64,000 bases of DNA from Narcine bancroftii (GCF_036971445.1 NC_091474.1:185442001-185506000); one strand, 5' to 3'. Positions 1 to 12,836 are shown, numbered from the stretch's first letter. Numbers and translations: made by a program. The notes: generated by a model from the sequence alone, not told the origin.

Positions 1-1069
1 TTAATAAATATGGATCGAACTTTTTTTAAAAAATAGAAGAGTGGCAGATAATGTAGTTCAATTTTTAAGTTTGATAAATGTGGCACAAAATAGAAAGGTA
101 CCTAGAGTAGCGGTTGTGTTAGATGCAGAGAAAGAATTTGATAGATTGGATTGGGAAATTTTTGTTTAAACTACTTAATACATTTGGGATTCCAAATACT
201 TTTGCAAATTAGATAAAAGCATTATATGATCAGCCAAAATAAAAGTGGTTATGAATAGACAAATATCAAAACCTTTTTTGTTAGAAAGGTCTTCTAAGCA
301 AGGTTGCCCATTGTCACTTTTTTTTATTTGCATTAGCAAGAGAACCATTGGTGAAAATAATTAAAAGCAATAAAGAAATTAAGGGTTTTGAGATAGCCAA
401 TAAAGGGCACTAAATTAGTTTGTTTGTGGATGATGTATGGAATATTTAACAAGACCAGAAATATAATTGAATAAATTGAATTTGAGATTAATAGAATATG
501 TATTAGTATCGGGTTCTAAAGTTAAAGTTGATAAAAGCGAGGTGATGTCTATGGATGATATGAATTATTCACAATGTAAGAGATGGACAAAATTCAAGTA
601 GCAAAAAGAAGCAATTAAGTATTTAGGAATAAAAATTGATAGAAATATAAATAATAATGAATATTTTTCCAAGAATACAGTATATTTATTTCAATCATTG
701 CCCATTCATGTACCAGAAATGTTTTTCTGGAGTTTGAATAAAATTATACGAGAATTTATTTGGACAGTTAAAATATCAAGAATTGGTCTTGAAAAATTAA
801 CATGGAAATTTGATCAGGGAGAACTAAGATTATTGAATTTTAAAAATTATTATAAAGCAGCTCAATTAAGATGTTATCAAAGGGGTGAAAAAAAAACAGC
901 TTGGGTTCAGAATTAAATGAATAAAATTCGAAAAACTATCCAAGAACAAATTTTATATAATGGAATAGCGAATTGTTTAAAGGAAAAATGGAAGTACCAA
1001 TTCTAAACATACATTGAAAATTTGGAATGGGAGTCATATGGAGAGAGGGATTAAAAAATATCAATTACC

Positions 1070-1809
1070 TGTTACGGAGTCCAGAGGATCCCAAAACCAG
1101 CAGCAATGGATATGCACCACAACACAGGGTTACTTAAACACAAGTAGTTTTTAATTTTATATTTGAGCAAGAAAACAGAATTAAACTTTAACTTATTACT
1201 ATCAACTTACTTAATCTACCTAACCTACTTAATCCCCCCTCTAATACTAAGCACAGGTGTGTGTAATGTATATTTAAGATTAGAAAAGTTCTTTGGATCA
1301 CAATCCAATCTCACTGATTGTACTGTGCACAGAAGTTAGCATTAACAAAGTTCACCAGGCTTTGGTGTTTAACAGGCAAATAGTTACCACTCAGGAGGAG
1401 TCTTGCTGGTTTTCAGAGAGAGATTCCTTTTCCAGGACATCCGCAACTGATTACTTCCCAATCAGTCTTGCTGACGAAATTTTCCCCCAAATGATCCTCT
1501 TTCTTTCAGGTCACCAGTCTTCTCCTTTGACCAGGCAGCCTTCCAAAGTTTGCCAGCTTGTCCCTCTGGAACTTATTTCTGTGACTCATTCTCTCTCTGT
1601 TTCACACCCTCCCTCTCTGAGAGCAAAACTCTTCTGTCTCACTGCAAAGATCACATGTTCTCCCAGGAAAGCTGCTGTATGTTGCTACTTTGTTGCTCCT
1701 CTGCAAAAAGCATTCTGTAAAAGTCCTGCAAAAACTCTGTGTTTTGGAATGTGTGTGTGCAACCTGTTCTAGCAATTCCTCCTAAACCACCTCTAAATAC
1801 TCTGTCACA
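1070..1809 (-). mobile_element. Probable solo LTR (~740 bp) inserted in L1 ORF2
   Basis: Termini TGTTAC...GTCACA (TG..CA); flanks TACC/TATC (imperfect 4-bp TSD); the L1 sequence joins up across it. Orientation is inferred. Confidence 0.7.
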
Positions 1810-2788
1810 TATCTAAAATGTTGTTAAAACAAAATCATCTTATTCCTTTCACTTTGAATAACACTTTATTTGATAATTGGTGTAGTAAAGGTATACAGAG
1901 GATAAATGATAGTTTTTTAGGATCTTTCTTTTTAACTTTTGAGCAATTAAAAGATAAATATAGTATACCAAATAATACAATTTTGCATATTTAAAAAATA
2001 AATTAGAAACAAATTTGAGACTTCTGGAACAAAGTCAATTTGAATGTATAATAACTGATACATTTATTATCAAGAAATTTATTACTAATATGTATATAAA
2101 ATTACAAGCAACTACAAGAAAAAATATTTATACAAATCAAAATTATGATGGGAGAAAGATTTAAATATACAAATCCAAGTGGAAATATGTTCAAAATTGT
2201 GACAAGAGAATGTTACAATATAGATAATGCTAGATATCAAATGGTTCAATATAATTTTCTTCATCAAGTAAGTTATGCTCCACATAAATTGAATGGGCTT
2301 AATTCTAACTATCCGGATAAGTGTATTTGATGTACCAAGGAATTAGTGACTTTTTTACATTTGGTTTGGTCCTGTGTGAAAATGGAACAATTTTGGAAAG
2401 ATTTGAGTGTATTGTTAAGACAAATTATGAAGATAAAGATACAAAAAGACCCAAAAATATTTTTACTTAGAAATATATATGAAGAAAATGTAAAATTGAA
2501 ACTGGATAAATATCAAGAAACATTTTAAATATAGCCATAGAGACAGCAAAGAAATATACAGCAGTAACATGGAAAACTGAGAATTTGGTAAAAAATAAAC
2601 AGATGGGTAATGCAAAATCATATAGCTTTAGAAAAAAATTACTTCTAGTTTAAGGAATTGAATTGGAAACATTTATAAAATTTGGGAACCATATATGGAT
2701 TTTATGAATAAAAGTCCATCCACAATCTCCACCTTGCCCACCCCTTTCAGTTAATAATTATAAAAATAGCCAATAAATATTATATATG

Positions 2789-3786
2789 TTCTTTTTCTTT
2801 GGCTTGGCTTCGCAGACGAAGATTTATGGAGGGGTAATGTCCACGTCAGCTGCAGGCTCATTTGTGGCTGACAAGTCCGATGCGGGACAGGCAGACACGG
2901 TTGCAGCGGTTGCAAGAGAAAATTGGTTGGTTGGGGTTGGGTGTTGGGTTTTTCCTCCTTTGTCTTTTGTCAGTGAGGTGGGCTCTGCGGTCTTCTTCAA
3001 AGGAGGTTGCTGCCCACCGAACTGTGAGGCACCAAGATGCACGGTTGGAGGCGATATCAGCCCACTGGCGGTGGTCAATGTGGCAGGCACCAAGAGATTT
3101 CTTTAAGCAGTCCTTGTACCTCTTCTTTGGTGCACCTCTGTCTCGGTGGCCAGTGGAGAGCTCGCCATATAACACAATCTTGGGAAGGTGATGGTCCTCT
3201 ATTCTGGAGACGTGACCCACCCAACGCAGTTGGGTCTTCAGCAGCATGGATTCGATGCTTGCGGACTCTGCCAGCTCGAGTATCTTCTTCAGCATGATGC
3301 TGAAACAAGCCATGAAAGACCTCAACAATGAAGACGCTGTTTACATCCAGTACCGCACGGATGGCAGTCTCTTCAATCTGAGGCGCTGCAAGCTCACACC
3401 AAGACACAAGAACAACTTGTCCGTGAACTACTCTTTGCAGATGATGCCGCTTTAGTTGCCCATTCAGAGCCAGCTCTCCAGCGCATGACGTCCTGTTTTG
3501 CGGAAACTGCCAAAATGTTTTGCCTGGAAGTCAGCCTGAAGAAAACTGAGGTCCTCCATCAGCCAGCTCCCCACCATGACTACCAGCCCCCCCACATCTC
3601 TATCAGGCACACAGAACTCAAAACGGTCAACCAGTTTACCTACCTTGGCTGCACCATTTCATCTGATGCAAGGATCGACAAAGAGATAGACAACAGACTC
3701 GCCAAGGCAAATAGCACCTTTGGAAGACTACACAAAAGAGTCTGGAAAAACAATCACCTGAAGAAACACACAAAGATCAGTGTGTG
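2789..3786 (-). mobile_element. RTE-clade LINE, 5'-truncated, with an inverted 5' segment (3' part on minus 2789-3281; RT part on plus 3282-3786)
   Basis: Minus ORF ...QLRWVGHVSRIEDHHLPKIVLYGEL...CNRCNRVCLSRIGLVSHK. Plus part has LFADD and FTYLGCTISSDARID. Same CCAAG/AAGAA tail as the other four copies. Confidence 0.93.
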
Positions 3787-4179
3787 TTAGTATTGTTATA
3801 AATAAGTAGAATTAGGTGTTCTTTCTTTTCTTTTTTCTTTTTTTCTCTTCTTTCTTTTAGGGAGGGGGGTTGGGGAGAAAATTAAAAAATTATTGTATCA
3901 TTTTGTATGGTTTGTTAAGTTGCTGCATTATTGAATGTATACTTTGTATTGATACAAATGATAAATAAAATTTTCAAAAAAACGATAATTTACAATACTT
4001 AATTTCTTGGCTTAAAGAAGCTTCGGACTATAATTACTGTTTTTTTCTTGAGAAGGTGCATTCTACACTGCAAATGTCATGATGAATGCAGTGGGTAGAC
4101 CTTATGAGCTAAAATATATCATTAAGAATTAATGGACGGGAATCTTCATGGCATCGTTTCAACAGCCGATGGTGAGCAG

Positions 4180-4436
4180 GGTTCATGAAGGACTTTGGAC
4201 AATTCTAGCTTCCTAATCACAACACGGATTTGGAACTAGGGGCTGTGGAGGGTGACGCATGCATGAAACTCAGGTTCACTGCTGGAACAGAGAGGATGTC
4301 CTGCAGTTACAGAGGTTACAGAAGCACAGAAGGAAGTGGCATTGGAGGACGAGATGGACACTTGATGTCTCTGAAGGGACTCTCTTGCCTTTCTTTTATT
4401 ATTATCTCATTGGACTAGTGATTGCGTCTCTATGAA
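4180..4436 (+). repeat. Fragment of unclassified interspersed repeat (family A)
   Basis: Shares TTTGGAACTAGGGGCTGTGGAGGGTGAC and CTCTGAAGGGACTCTCTTGCCTTTCTTT with the inverted copy at ~5035-5205; related core at ~24335 and ~43737. Confidence 0.75.
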
Positions 4437-4622
4437 TAAAACAACACGGTAACATGCCTTTTTGGTCCATGAGCCTGTAGCACCCAATTAAACCCAGTTG
4501 ATCTACAGACCCCCCCGTCCATTTTTGAATGGTGGGAGAAAACTGGAGCCCTGGAGGAAACCCATGCAGACATGGTGAGAATATACAAACTGCTGGATTC
4601 AAACATGGGTCATGGCTGCTGT
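4437..4622 (-). mobile_element. V-domain (HE1-like) SINE, partial
   Basis: Reverse complement has a TCTGCATGGGTTTCCTCCAGGGCTCCAGTTTTCTCCCACCATTCAAAA central domain and a CR1-like tail. Confidence 0.75.
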
Positions 4623-4659
4623 AAGAATTGTAAGTCCTAATATTACCCCATATTGATAT

Positions 4660-5290
4660 CAGAGTTCCAAGATCCAAGGCTCAAGGTTCCTTTATTGTCA
4701 TGTACATAAATACACAAAATTTATAAAATCGGGTGGTAGTTAGCGTAGTGGTTAGTGCAACACTGTTATAGCACCAGCAACCCATGTTCGAATCCAGCGC
4801 TGTCTGTAAGGAGTTTATAGGTTCTCCCGGTGTCTGCGTGGGTTTCCTCTGGGTGCTCCAGTTTCCTCCCACCATTCAAAACATAGCAGGGAAGTAGATC
4901 ATTCGGGTTTAATTGGGCAGCGCTGGCTCGTGAGCCAAAAAAGCCTGTTAACGTGCTGTATGTCTAAATTTAAACTTAATATTTTTTTGTAGGGACACAC
5001 AAAAAAGGTGCCAGTAGCCCAGTGAAATAATGACAAGAGAAAGAAAGGCAAGAGAGTCCCTTCAGAGGCATCAAGTGTCTGTGGATCCCCCTCCTCTTCC
5101 AATGCCACTTAAGTCTGCCCTCCTGTAACCTCTGTAACCACATGGCCTCCTGTCTATTCCTGGGCTTCACACATGTGTCACCCTCCACAGCCCCTAGTTC
5201 CAAACCCGCAATACTATAAGGAAGGTACAATGATCCAAGGCCCTTCAGGAAACCTCCTCACCATTGGCATTCTCATGAATCCTGGTCCTG
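4660..5290 (-). repeat. Family A repeat, antisense, interrupted by the SINE at 4731-4976
   Basis: Inverted match to 4180-4420; minus-strand tail ATGACAATAAAGGAACCTTGAGCCTTGGATCTTGG at ~4702-4668. Confidence 0.7.
4731..4976 (+). mobile_element. Near full-length tRNA-derived V-SINE (HE1-like)
   Basis: A box TAGCGTAGTGG (4741), B box GTTCGAATCC (4786), V domain GTCTGCGTGGGTTTCCTCTGGGTGCTCCAGTTTCCTCCC, CR1-like 3' tail. Confidence 0.85.
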
Positions 5291-5764
5291 ATATCTAGGT
5301 CCCAAGAGCCAGTCTCTAGCATCCCGCAGGCAGCTTGCAGCCTGGAGAGAGCCCTTCAGCCATTGAGACCCTCGCTAGAGCACTTTTGTAAATCCAGGGT
5401 TGATCGAAAATATTCCTTGCAAACTTTTGATGGAATATTATCAACTATCTCTTTTAATTTAGTGTAATTTGAGTTACTTTATGTTTATTGAATAAGAAGT
5501 AAATTTGTAGACACCAAAGGTGAGTGGAACATGTAGTAAAAAGAGGGTGGAATGTGCAGAAACTATCATTTTTAAATATCTTATTGTCTTCAGAAGTTTG
5601 TTCAGCTGGTTTTAATACCATTAGCTTCTTCGCCATCTGGTTTCAGTTTATCATAAAATATTTGACCTGTAAGCAAAATTTTGTTAAAATAATTATTTTG
5701 GCTTCTTTATTGATTGCATGCAAGAAAGCAGTTTAAAATAAATTGGCTTTGATAAGCAATCCAA

Positions 5765-5990
5765 GCACAATGTGCTGGAAGAACTCAGTGGATTGAACAG
5801 GATTGAGCAGCATCGGTGGGAGAAATAATAGCTTGGTGTTTCAGGGTGAAACCCTTCATCAAGACTGGGAATGCAGAGAAGGAGAGAGAGAGAGAACAGC
5901 TAATGGAAAGAGGTCAGGGTGGGAGGAGCAGGGCATTAGCCCATGTGAGATAGGTGGACCAGGGAGAGGCAAAGCATGACAGTAATGTCG
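5765..5990 (-). mobile_element. Penelope-like element terminal fragment with a degenerate hammerhead-like motif
   Basis: TGCTGGAAGAACTCAG...CAGCATC motif, as in the terminus of the Penelope copy at 55135-56165. Minus strand reads TTGATGA-AGGGT-TTC-ACCCT-GAAA. Confidence 0.65.
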
Positions 5991-6409
5991 TAAGATGGTT
6001 ATAATATGACGCTGCTACAAAACACTGAATTTCATGACTTTTTCCTGATTCTGATCCTGATTCTGAGTTTACACCTAGTCCTCACTCTGACTGTGGAAAA
6101 AGCCCAGGACAAACAGGTCAGTGTGAGAGTGGGAAACAAGTTGAAATAGCAGTTGAAGAGGAATTGAAACTGACCTCTCTGTCCTTGGCATTCTCCCCTG
6201 CCAGGGTGAAGCCCAATGTAAATAAGAGAAACAAAATAGTGAACACCCCAAGAGAATGAGCATGGAATGTTCTAATTTCAGGTAATGAGTCCCCCCACTC
6301 TTCCTCTCTTTTTTGTTGTTTCATCCCTTTTCCCACTCATCCCACCCAGCCTCCCACCCATTCTCATTCCATTCCCTTCTACCCCTAGTTCCCCACTGGA
6401 TTCTTCTGT

Positions 6410-6410
<1 letters not shown>

Positions 6411-6445
<35 letters not shown>
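6411..6445. repeat. (CT)n microsatellite
   Basis: Perfect CT dinucleotide run of about 17 units. Confidence 0.97.
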
Positions 6446-6447
<2 letters not shown>

Positions 6448-7159
6448 CTTCTCCAGCCAAACATGTCAGCCATTCTTTTTCTCCCACTGATGCTGCTCCC
6501 ACCATTGAAACCCTCCAGCAGATTGTCTTCAGATTCCAGCAAATGCAGACTCCTGAGTGTGTCCATATTTGATGAACATATCAGGTCACCTGACTAATCA
6601 GAAGCATTCCTTCTTAATGTTCAAAAATGTAACTGTGTTGAATTTCAAAAATCTGTTTTCTTTCCCTCTCCTGAGTTGAAAGGCCTGCTCTTACAGGAAC
6701 AGAATTTGTCCACCAAGTCCACAGTCTGCAAGGAACAAACTGAGCTAATAAATTAAAAGTGACTCTTATCAATTTCAATTGTTTCCAGTTTTAAATATTT
6801 CATTTTGGCTTTCCTCATGTGACCACGATGCTGTTTTAAATGTGTGTTTGATTGAAAATCTACATTGTAACAGTGGCTATTTCCTTGAAAAGTAGCTCTT
6901 TTCAATCAGGTCACATAAACATGAATGGTGTGCCAGTTATAAAACACAATCAATTTCCACAACATGAGCAAATATTTCTAACCCAAAATGAAAATACATC
7001 TATTCAATGAGATTCTGTCTATCGTCTCAAACCAAATGAATAATTAATTGATTAATTATATTTCAAGAATTCATCCTGTGGTAATCCAAACTTTATTTCC
7101 TACAAACCTACATATCTGTTGCTTAACAAAAAAAATAACCAAACCATGATTTTTTTTTT

Positions 7160-7519
7160 GTTACAATCAAAGGTAACTTCATTGACTACATGTGAGACAA
7201 ACAGGGGAAGATATCAAATGATACTTAATTACTACTAAACATCTATATAGACATTCACATCGGACCCAGGTTGCACCCTGTTACCAGTTACCGCCTACCT
7301 TCTACAGGTTCCCGCACGTATAGACAATTCACAGACAGGGAATTTCAAGCACACTAAGATTCCCTGTACCAATGGGATTGTGACTCTCTGCAAGCACTGA
7401 TCCATCACAGTGCTATAGCTCAACTTAAGTGTAGTGCACAATTTACCCACGACTCCTCCAGTGATCTCCACAGTGTTGAACTGGCGTGGAGCGATGTCCA
7501 GGACATGGATCAAGAAACA
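7160..7519 (-). mobile_element. Partial LTR, same family as 13461-13628
   Basis: GTTACAATCAAAGGTAACTT...ATCAAATGATACTTAATTACT...CTATATAGACATTCACATC matches 13521-13628. Right end placed at an AACA is tentative. Confidence 0.7.
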
Positions 7520-7603
7520 AATGTGGTGTGGATCGATATTTTATGCTGTTCTAAGCTAAGCATTGAGTCAATGATTATACTGAGTCATTTAAATGAGAAA
7601 TTT

Positions 7604-8255
7604 AGATAAGCGCATACAGAGCCGTTGTCATACCCACACTCCTGTTCGGCTCCGAATCATGGGTCCTCTACCGGCATCACCTACGGCTCCTAGAATGCTT
7701 CCACCAGCGTTGTCTCTGCTCCATCCTCAACATTCATTGGAGCGCTTTCATCCCTAACGTCGAAGTACTCAAGATGGCAGAGGTCGACAGCATTGAGTCC
7801 ACGCTGCTGAAGATCCAGCTGCGCTGGGTGGGTCACGTCTCCAGAATGGAGGACCATCGGCTTCCCAAGATCGTGTTATATGGCGAGCTCTCCACTGGCC
7901 ACCGTGACAGAGGTGCACCAAAGAAAAGGTACAAGGACTGCCTAAAGAAATCTCTTGGTGCCTGCCACATTGACCACCGCCAGTGGGCTGATATCGCCTC
8001 AAACCGTGCAACTTGGCGCCTCACAGTTTGGCGGGCAGCAACCTCCTTTGAAGAAGACCGCAGAGCCCACCTCACTGACAAAAGGCAAAGGAGGAAAAAC
8101 CCAACGCCCAACCCCAACCAACCAATTTTCCCCTGCAACCGCTGCAACTGTGTCTGCCTGTCCCGCATCAGACTTGTCAGCCACAAACAAGCCTGCAGTT
8201 GACGTGGACATTTACCCCCTCCATAAATCTTCGTCCGTGAAGCCAAGCCAAGAGA
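7604..8255 (+). mobile_element. RTE-clade LINE, 5'-truncated
   Basis: ORF 7774-8202 is nearly identical to the C-terminus of 58225-59148; CCAAGCCAAGAG tail; candidate TSD TAAATGAG at 7590-7597 and 8256-8263. Confidence 0.95.
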
Positions 8256-9101
8256 TAAATGAGCCAGCAGTAAGGTGTGCACTAATGGGTGGCTGGAGTC
8301 CAACTTTGATTGGAAGATGATGCAACTTCCGAATAAGTTTCAGACAGGAAGGTCACGTGACCCACTACAATCCACAATGTTCCAGAGAGACCACATGTTC
8401 CTCCACAGTCTACATATAATATTCCACTCCTTGGAAATTACATTACTCACCAATCACTACAAATACAATGAGTAACTGGTTTCTAAACTGTAAAATCTAA
8501 GTAACATGTTATATCTGTAAAAATGTATGTAAAACAATGCCAATCAAGTGGATCGATATACACACAAGTGTCTTCCATATGATGGACAAGGTGCATTATC
8601 AAACTCAATGACAATGCCTCACCAGCTTCCACCCCCCACCCCAACCAAAAAATGTCATTGTGTTCCCAATGAAGCAGGGTGCTGTGGGAACTGCTCTAGA
8701 GTTTGAGAGGAGAGTGAAGAGAAAGAAAATAGCCTGTTCAATGCCTGGTTTCTCCAGCTTAGCTGGCATATGTGTGCAGCTTTTCCACCAATGTCTGTGA
8801 GCAGGCAGTGCAAGGTCATCCATCAGATGCCAAAGCCTTCTCTTGGCTAGTGCATCCTGCCCCTTTGCTTCACATCAGCACAGAACTCAGATGCCCATCA
8901 TTGTGTTATCCCATGGTGGTATTCTCATGGGAGCATCCCATTTTTTCTGGGTTGTTGCCTGATACTGGGATGCTGTTCCTGCTCAAGTTCCCTTTAACTG
9001 GATGCCACATAAGCATTGGTTCTCTGTAATGATAGCAAGGAGTCAAGTCTGAAAGTTGGTCAAATTAGTAGCTTTTAAATAAAAGCTCCTGAAGCACCCA
9101 T

Positions 9102-9325
9102 TGTGATAGTACAGATCTATCACCAATGTTACTCTATCTAGACTGTGCTTACAGCGATTGGCTGAAAGCTAAGCCACACCTATTGTCTGGGCCTTAAAGG
9201 GTTGTGTCCCTAGCCAGGTCAGATCATTTCGGACTGGTCGGCCACCTGTGAAGAGCTCCTGTCTTTTGCTAATAAAAGCCTTGGTTTGGATCAACAAGTC
9301 TTTGATTCTTTCGACGAGCTCTAAA
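9102..9325 (+). mobile_element. Solo LTR of the Gypsy family seen at 51546-52661
   Basis: Colinear with the 240-bp LTR at 52422-52661 apart from a ~16-bp deletion; AATAAA present; flanks CCCAT/CCGAT (4/5 TSD). Confidence 0.92.
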
Positions 9326-9679
9326 CCGATCTCATGAGGAATTAGTTTCTATTATCAGGGAGGACCGGAGGCTCTCTGTCTTAACCGAGTGGTTACAAAA
9401 TATAGACAATATTTCCTGCTAGTGGATGATCTGCAACATTGTAATTAAAAGCTGAAACTAAAATTGTTAAGCTGGAATTTCCTATGAAAATCAGTGAGGG
9501 GGCAACCCAATTAAATCCAGAGTGATCTTCCACTGTTGGTATTAACCATACCCGGTTAATAGAGGGGGAGTACTGCTTTTGCAGTATTTTGTTACTAGAT
9601 TTTTTTTAGTTTTAGTGTTAGAAAGGAGCCATATTTAGCACAAGGGTTGACTGTGTTGGGTGCCTCTCAATAACATGTA

Positions 9680-12473
9680 ATGAATAAATTTTGTGACTTT
9701 TCATGTTGACAGGTTAAATCATCCGATAAAATGGAAGCATGTTTTGGATTATATTAAGAAGTTGAAGGTGATATTATATTTCTGCAGGAAACTCATTTGA
9801 CAGAGAAAGAACATTTGAAATTGAAGAGGGATTGGGTAGGACATGTGATTGCTTCCTCTTTTAATTCAAAAGCGAGAGGGGTTGCAATAAAAAAGTGCCC
9901 GTTGTTTTAGATTCTTTTTTCTGCTAATGCTGGAAGAGTGTTGACGGTTAATTGAAAATTTTTCTCTGAAACTTGGACATTAATGAATGTTTATGAACCA
10001 AAAGAAGATGATGAAGTATTTGTTACTGATGCCTTTTTAAATTTGAATCAGTCAAATGAAAATGTTTTGGTTGGGGGAGACTTCAATTGCTGTTTAGATC
10101 CATTGTTGGACAAATCTCCAAAAACTGTGAAAAGAACTAAAATGACAAAAAGAATACGAGATGATAAGAAATTTGAATATGGTTGAGGTACAAAGGAAGT
10201 TGAATCCAACTGAAAAAAACTTTTCCTTTTATTCGGCTCATCATAATTCTTTTTTCTAGAATTGATTTATTTTTGGTTTCAACGCAATTACAAGGTTGAT
10301 TTATTCATGGTCAGTATAAAAGTAGACTATTTTCCGATCATTATTATTAGCTACATGTTTAGGTACTGAGGTGGTTGAGACTGCTTATCATAGGAGATTT
10401 AATGAAATGTTGTTAAAAAGGTCTGATTTTGTTAAGTTTATAAGAGATCAAATTGTTTTTTATTGACAAACAAATGAAGGTTCAGTACTGAGCAAATTCA
10501 TTCTATGGGATGCTTTGAAAGCATATTTAAGGGGTCAGATTATTAGTTATACTGCTAAGATTAAAAAGCAATATTTATTAGACAGTAAAAATTTGGAAAA
10601 AGAAATTGAAGGGTTAGAGAAGTAATTTCAAAAGAATTCTACTGAAAATAATAAAATACAATTATCTCAATTAAAGTTACATTATAATACTTTGCAAACT
10701 TATAAATATGAAAAAATGATTTTGTGATCCAAACAACATTATTATGAATTGGGTGAAAGAGTGCATAAAGTTTTAGCCTGGCAATTGAAAACTGAACAAG
10801 TATCGAGAATGATTAATGAAATTAGGAAGAATTCAGAGATTACATATAAATGAGAGGAAATTAATGAGGAATTTTTAAAATTTTATCAAAGCTTATATAC
10901 ATCAGAGGGTATTCAAGAAACAGATCAGATTGATTCCTTTTTATCTAATTTAAATTTATCATTATTGTGTGAGATGGATATTAAAGATTTGGATGGTTCA
11001 TTTACTGAATTAGAGCTAAAGAAAGCATTGCAATCGATGCCTGGTGGGAAATCCCCAGAGAGGATAGGTTTACAATGGAGTTTTATAAAGAATTTAATGA
11101 TTTATTATTTCTGTTATATATAGAAGTATTGAAACAAGCAACTGAAACTGGTTTGTTCCCAGAATCTTTTTCAAGGGCATTGATTATTGTTAAACTGAAG
11201 AAAGATAGAGATCCTTTAAAAGTGGCTTCATACAGACCAATATCTTTGTTAAATATGGATTATAAGATTGTGGTGAAAGTATTAGCTAATAGGCTAGCAA
11301 ATATTTTGCCAAAATTGGTGCATGTTGATCAAGCAGGTTTTATTAGAGGTGGATATTCTGCAGATAATATTGTTAAATTAATTTCATTAGTAAATGTTGC
11401 AAGACAACAGGTTAATCAACCAATGATAGTACCATCAGATGCAGAAAAAGTGTTTGATCGAGTTGAATTGAATTTTTTGTTTAAAGTATTAGAAAAATTT
11501 CATTTTGGTCCATTTTTTATTGGTTGGATTAAAGCCTTATATTACTAGTCCTTCAGCAAGAGTGATGACAAATGGTCAGATTTCAAGAGCTTTTAATTTG
11601 TCTTGTTCAAGTAGACAAGGTTGTCCTCTCTCTCTGGCTTTGTTTGCTTTGATAATAGAGCCTATGACTCAAGCTATATGGCAGGATTTTAGTATTAAAG
11701 GAATTACAGTAGGAGAACAGGAATTTAAAATTAGCTTGTTTGCAGATGATGTGTTGATATATTTGAGTTTGATATATAAGAGTTTGTCAAAATCTTTGCA
11801 AAATTTGTTAAATCGATATAGAATGCTATCAGGTTATAAAGTTAATTGGGAAAAAATGAGATATTATCTATATCTGATGAAGATTATACAGAGTGTAGAC
11901 AAATTACTAAGTTTAGATGGTCTAGTAAAGTTAAATATTTGGGAGTTGTAGTGAATAGAGAATATCAAGATTTATATAATTTAAACTATATACCGTTATT
12001 GAATAAGATTAAAGCTGATTTATGTAGTTGGAAAGATTTACCATTGACTTTAATTGGGAGAGTAAACTGTATTAACATAAATATTCATCCCTGAATACAA
12101 TATCTTTTTCAATTTATACCAAGTGTAATACCAAAGAAATTGTTTAAGGAAATAAATAAAGTAATTTGGTTATTTTTGTGGAAAAGTAAATTGTCAAGAG
12201 TTTCTATGCAAAAATTAACATGGCGTTATGAATTAGGTGGTCTACAATTACCACATTTTCAAAATTATTATGAAGCAGCGCAATTGAAATTTATTAATAG
12301 GTTATTTGATATTGAGCAACCATCTGGATGGGCAAAAATTGAGTTGGATCAGATTTTTTAAGATAATATTAGTCATTTTATTTATAAATTGAATCCTTTA
12401 TTGTTACAAATGTATAGATTACCTGTGTTGCGATATATAATGAATATTTGGTACAAACAAAATCAATCTATTG
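9680..12473 (+). mobile_element. Decayed L1-clade ORF2 (APE endonuclease plus RT), 3' end missing
   Basis: FLQETH (~9779), GGDFN (~10073), SRID, SDH; YRPISLLNMDYKI, DAEKVFDRV, RQGCPLS, LFADD, KYLGV, GGLQLP. Many stops; ends abruptly at the MITE at 12474. Confidence 0.93.
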
Positions 12474-12836
12474 CAGTGGTTCCCAACCTTTTTCTTCAAA
12501 CTCACATACCACTTTAAGTTTTCCCTATGCCATAGGTGCTTTGTGATTAGTAAGGGATGGTTTAAAGTGGGATGTGGGTGGAAAGAAATAAATTTGAAAA
12601 GCACTGTTTTAATCGTGCCTAATTGACTTGTTACGTGCACGGTTTCATAACTCCAAAGGAAATGGGCCAATGACAATTTTTCCCAAGCAAAATATTTCAA
12701 TAACAATTGGGTCTTGAGCAGTGATTCTCAACTTTCCCTTCCCACTCACATACCATCTTAAGCAATCCCTTACTAATCACAGAGCACCAATAACATAGAG
12801 AATACTTAAAGTGATATGTGAGTTGGGAGAAAAAGG
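12474..12836. mobile_element. hAT/Charlie-like MITE built from two inverted ~130-bp modules; last ~13 bp of the right TIR missing
   Basis: TIR-like CAGTGGTTCCCAACC (12474), TTGAAAAGCACTG (ends 12606), CAGTGATTCTCAAC (12719). Modules share CCCTTACTAATCACA in opposite orientations. Confidence 0.7.

Larger units (their letters stand above)
1..3982 (+). mobile_element. Decayed L1-clade LINE (ORF2 RT and C-terminus, 3' UTR), interrupted by a solo LTR (1070-1809) and an RTE copy (2789-3786)
   Basis: Broken-frame motifs DAEKxFDR (~122), QGCPLS (~299), FVDD (~424), LTWKFDQGELRL, NARYQMVQYNFLHQ, HLVWSC. AATAAA plus A-rich end at 3964-3982. Many stops and frameshifts. Confidence 0.9.

Noticed and set aside
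4731-4800. tRNA gene
   Set aside because: A and B boxes run into a V domain and a LINE-like tail with no full cloverleaf, so it is a SINE head.
6278-6597. ORFs with ER or SL repeats
   Set aside because: Produced by the (CT)n microsatellite and a pyrimidine-rich tract.
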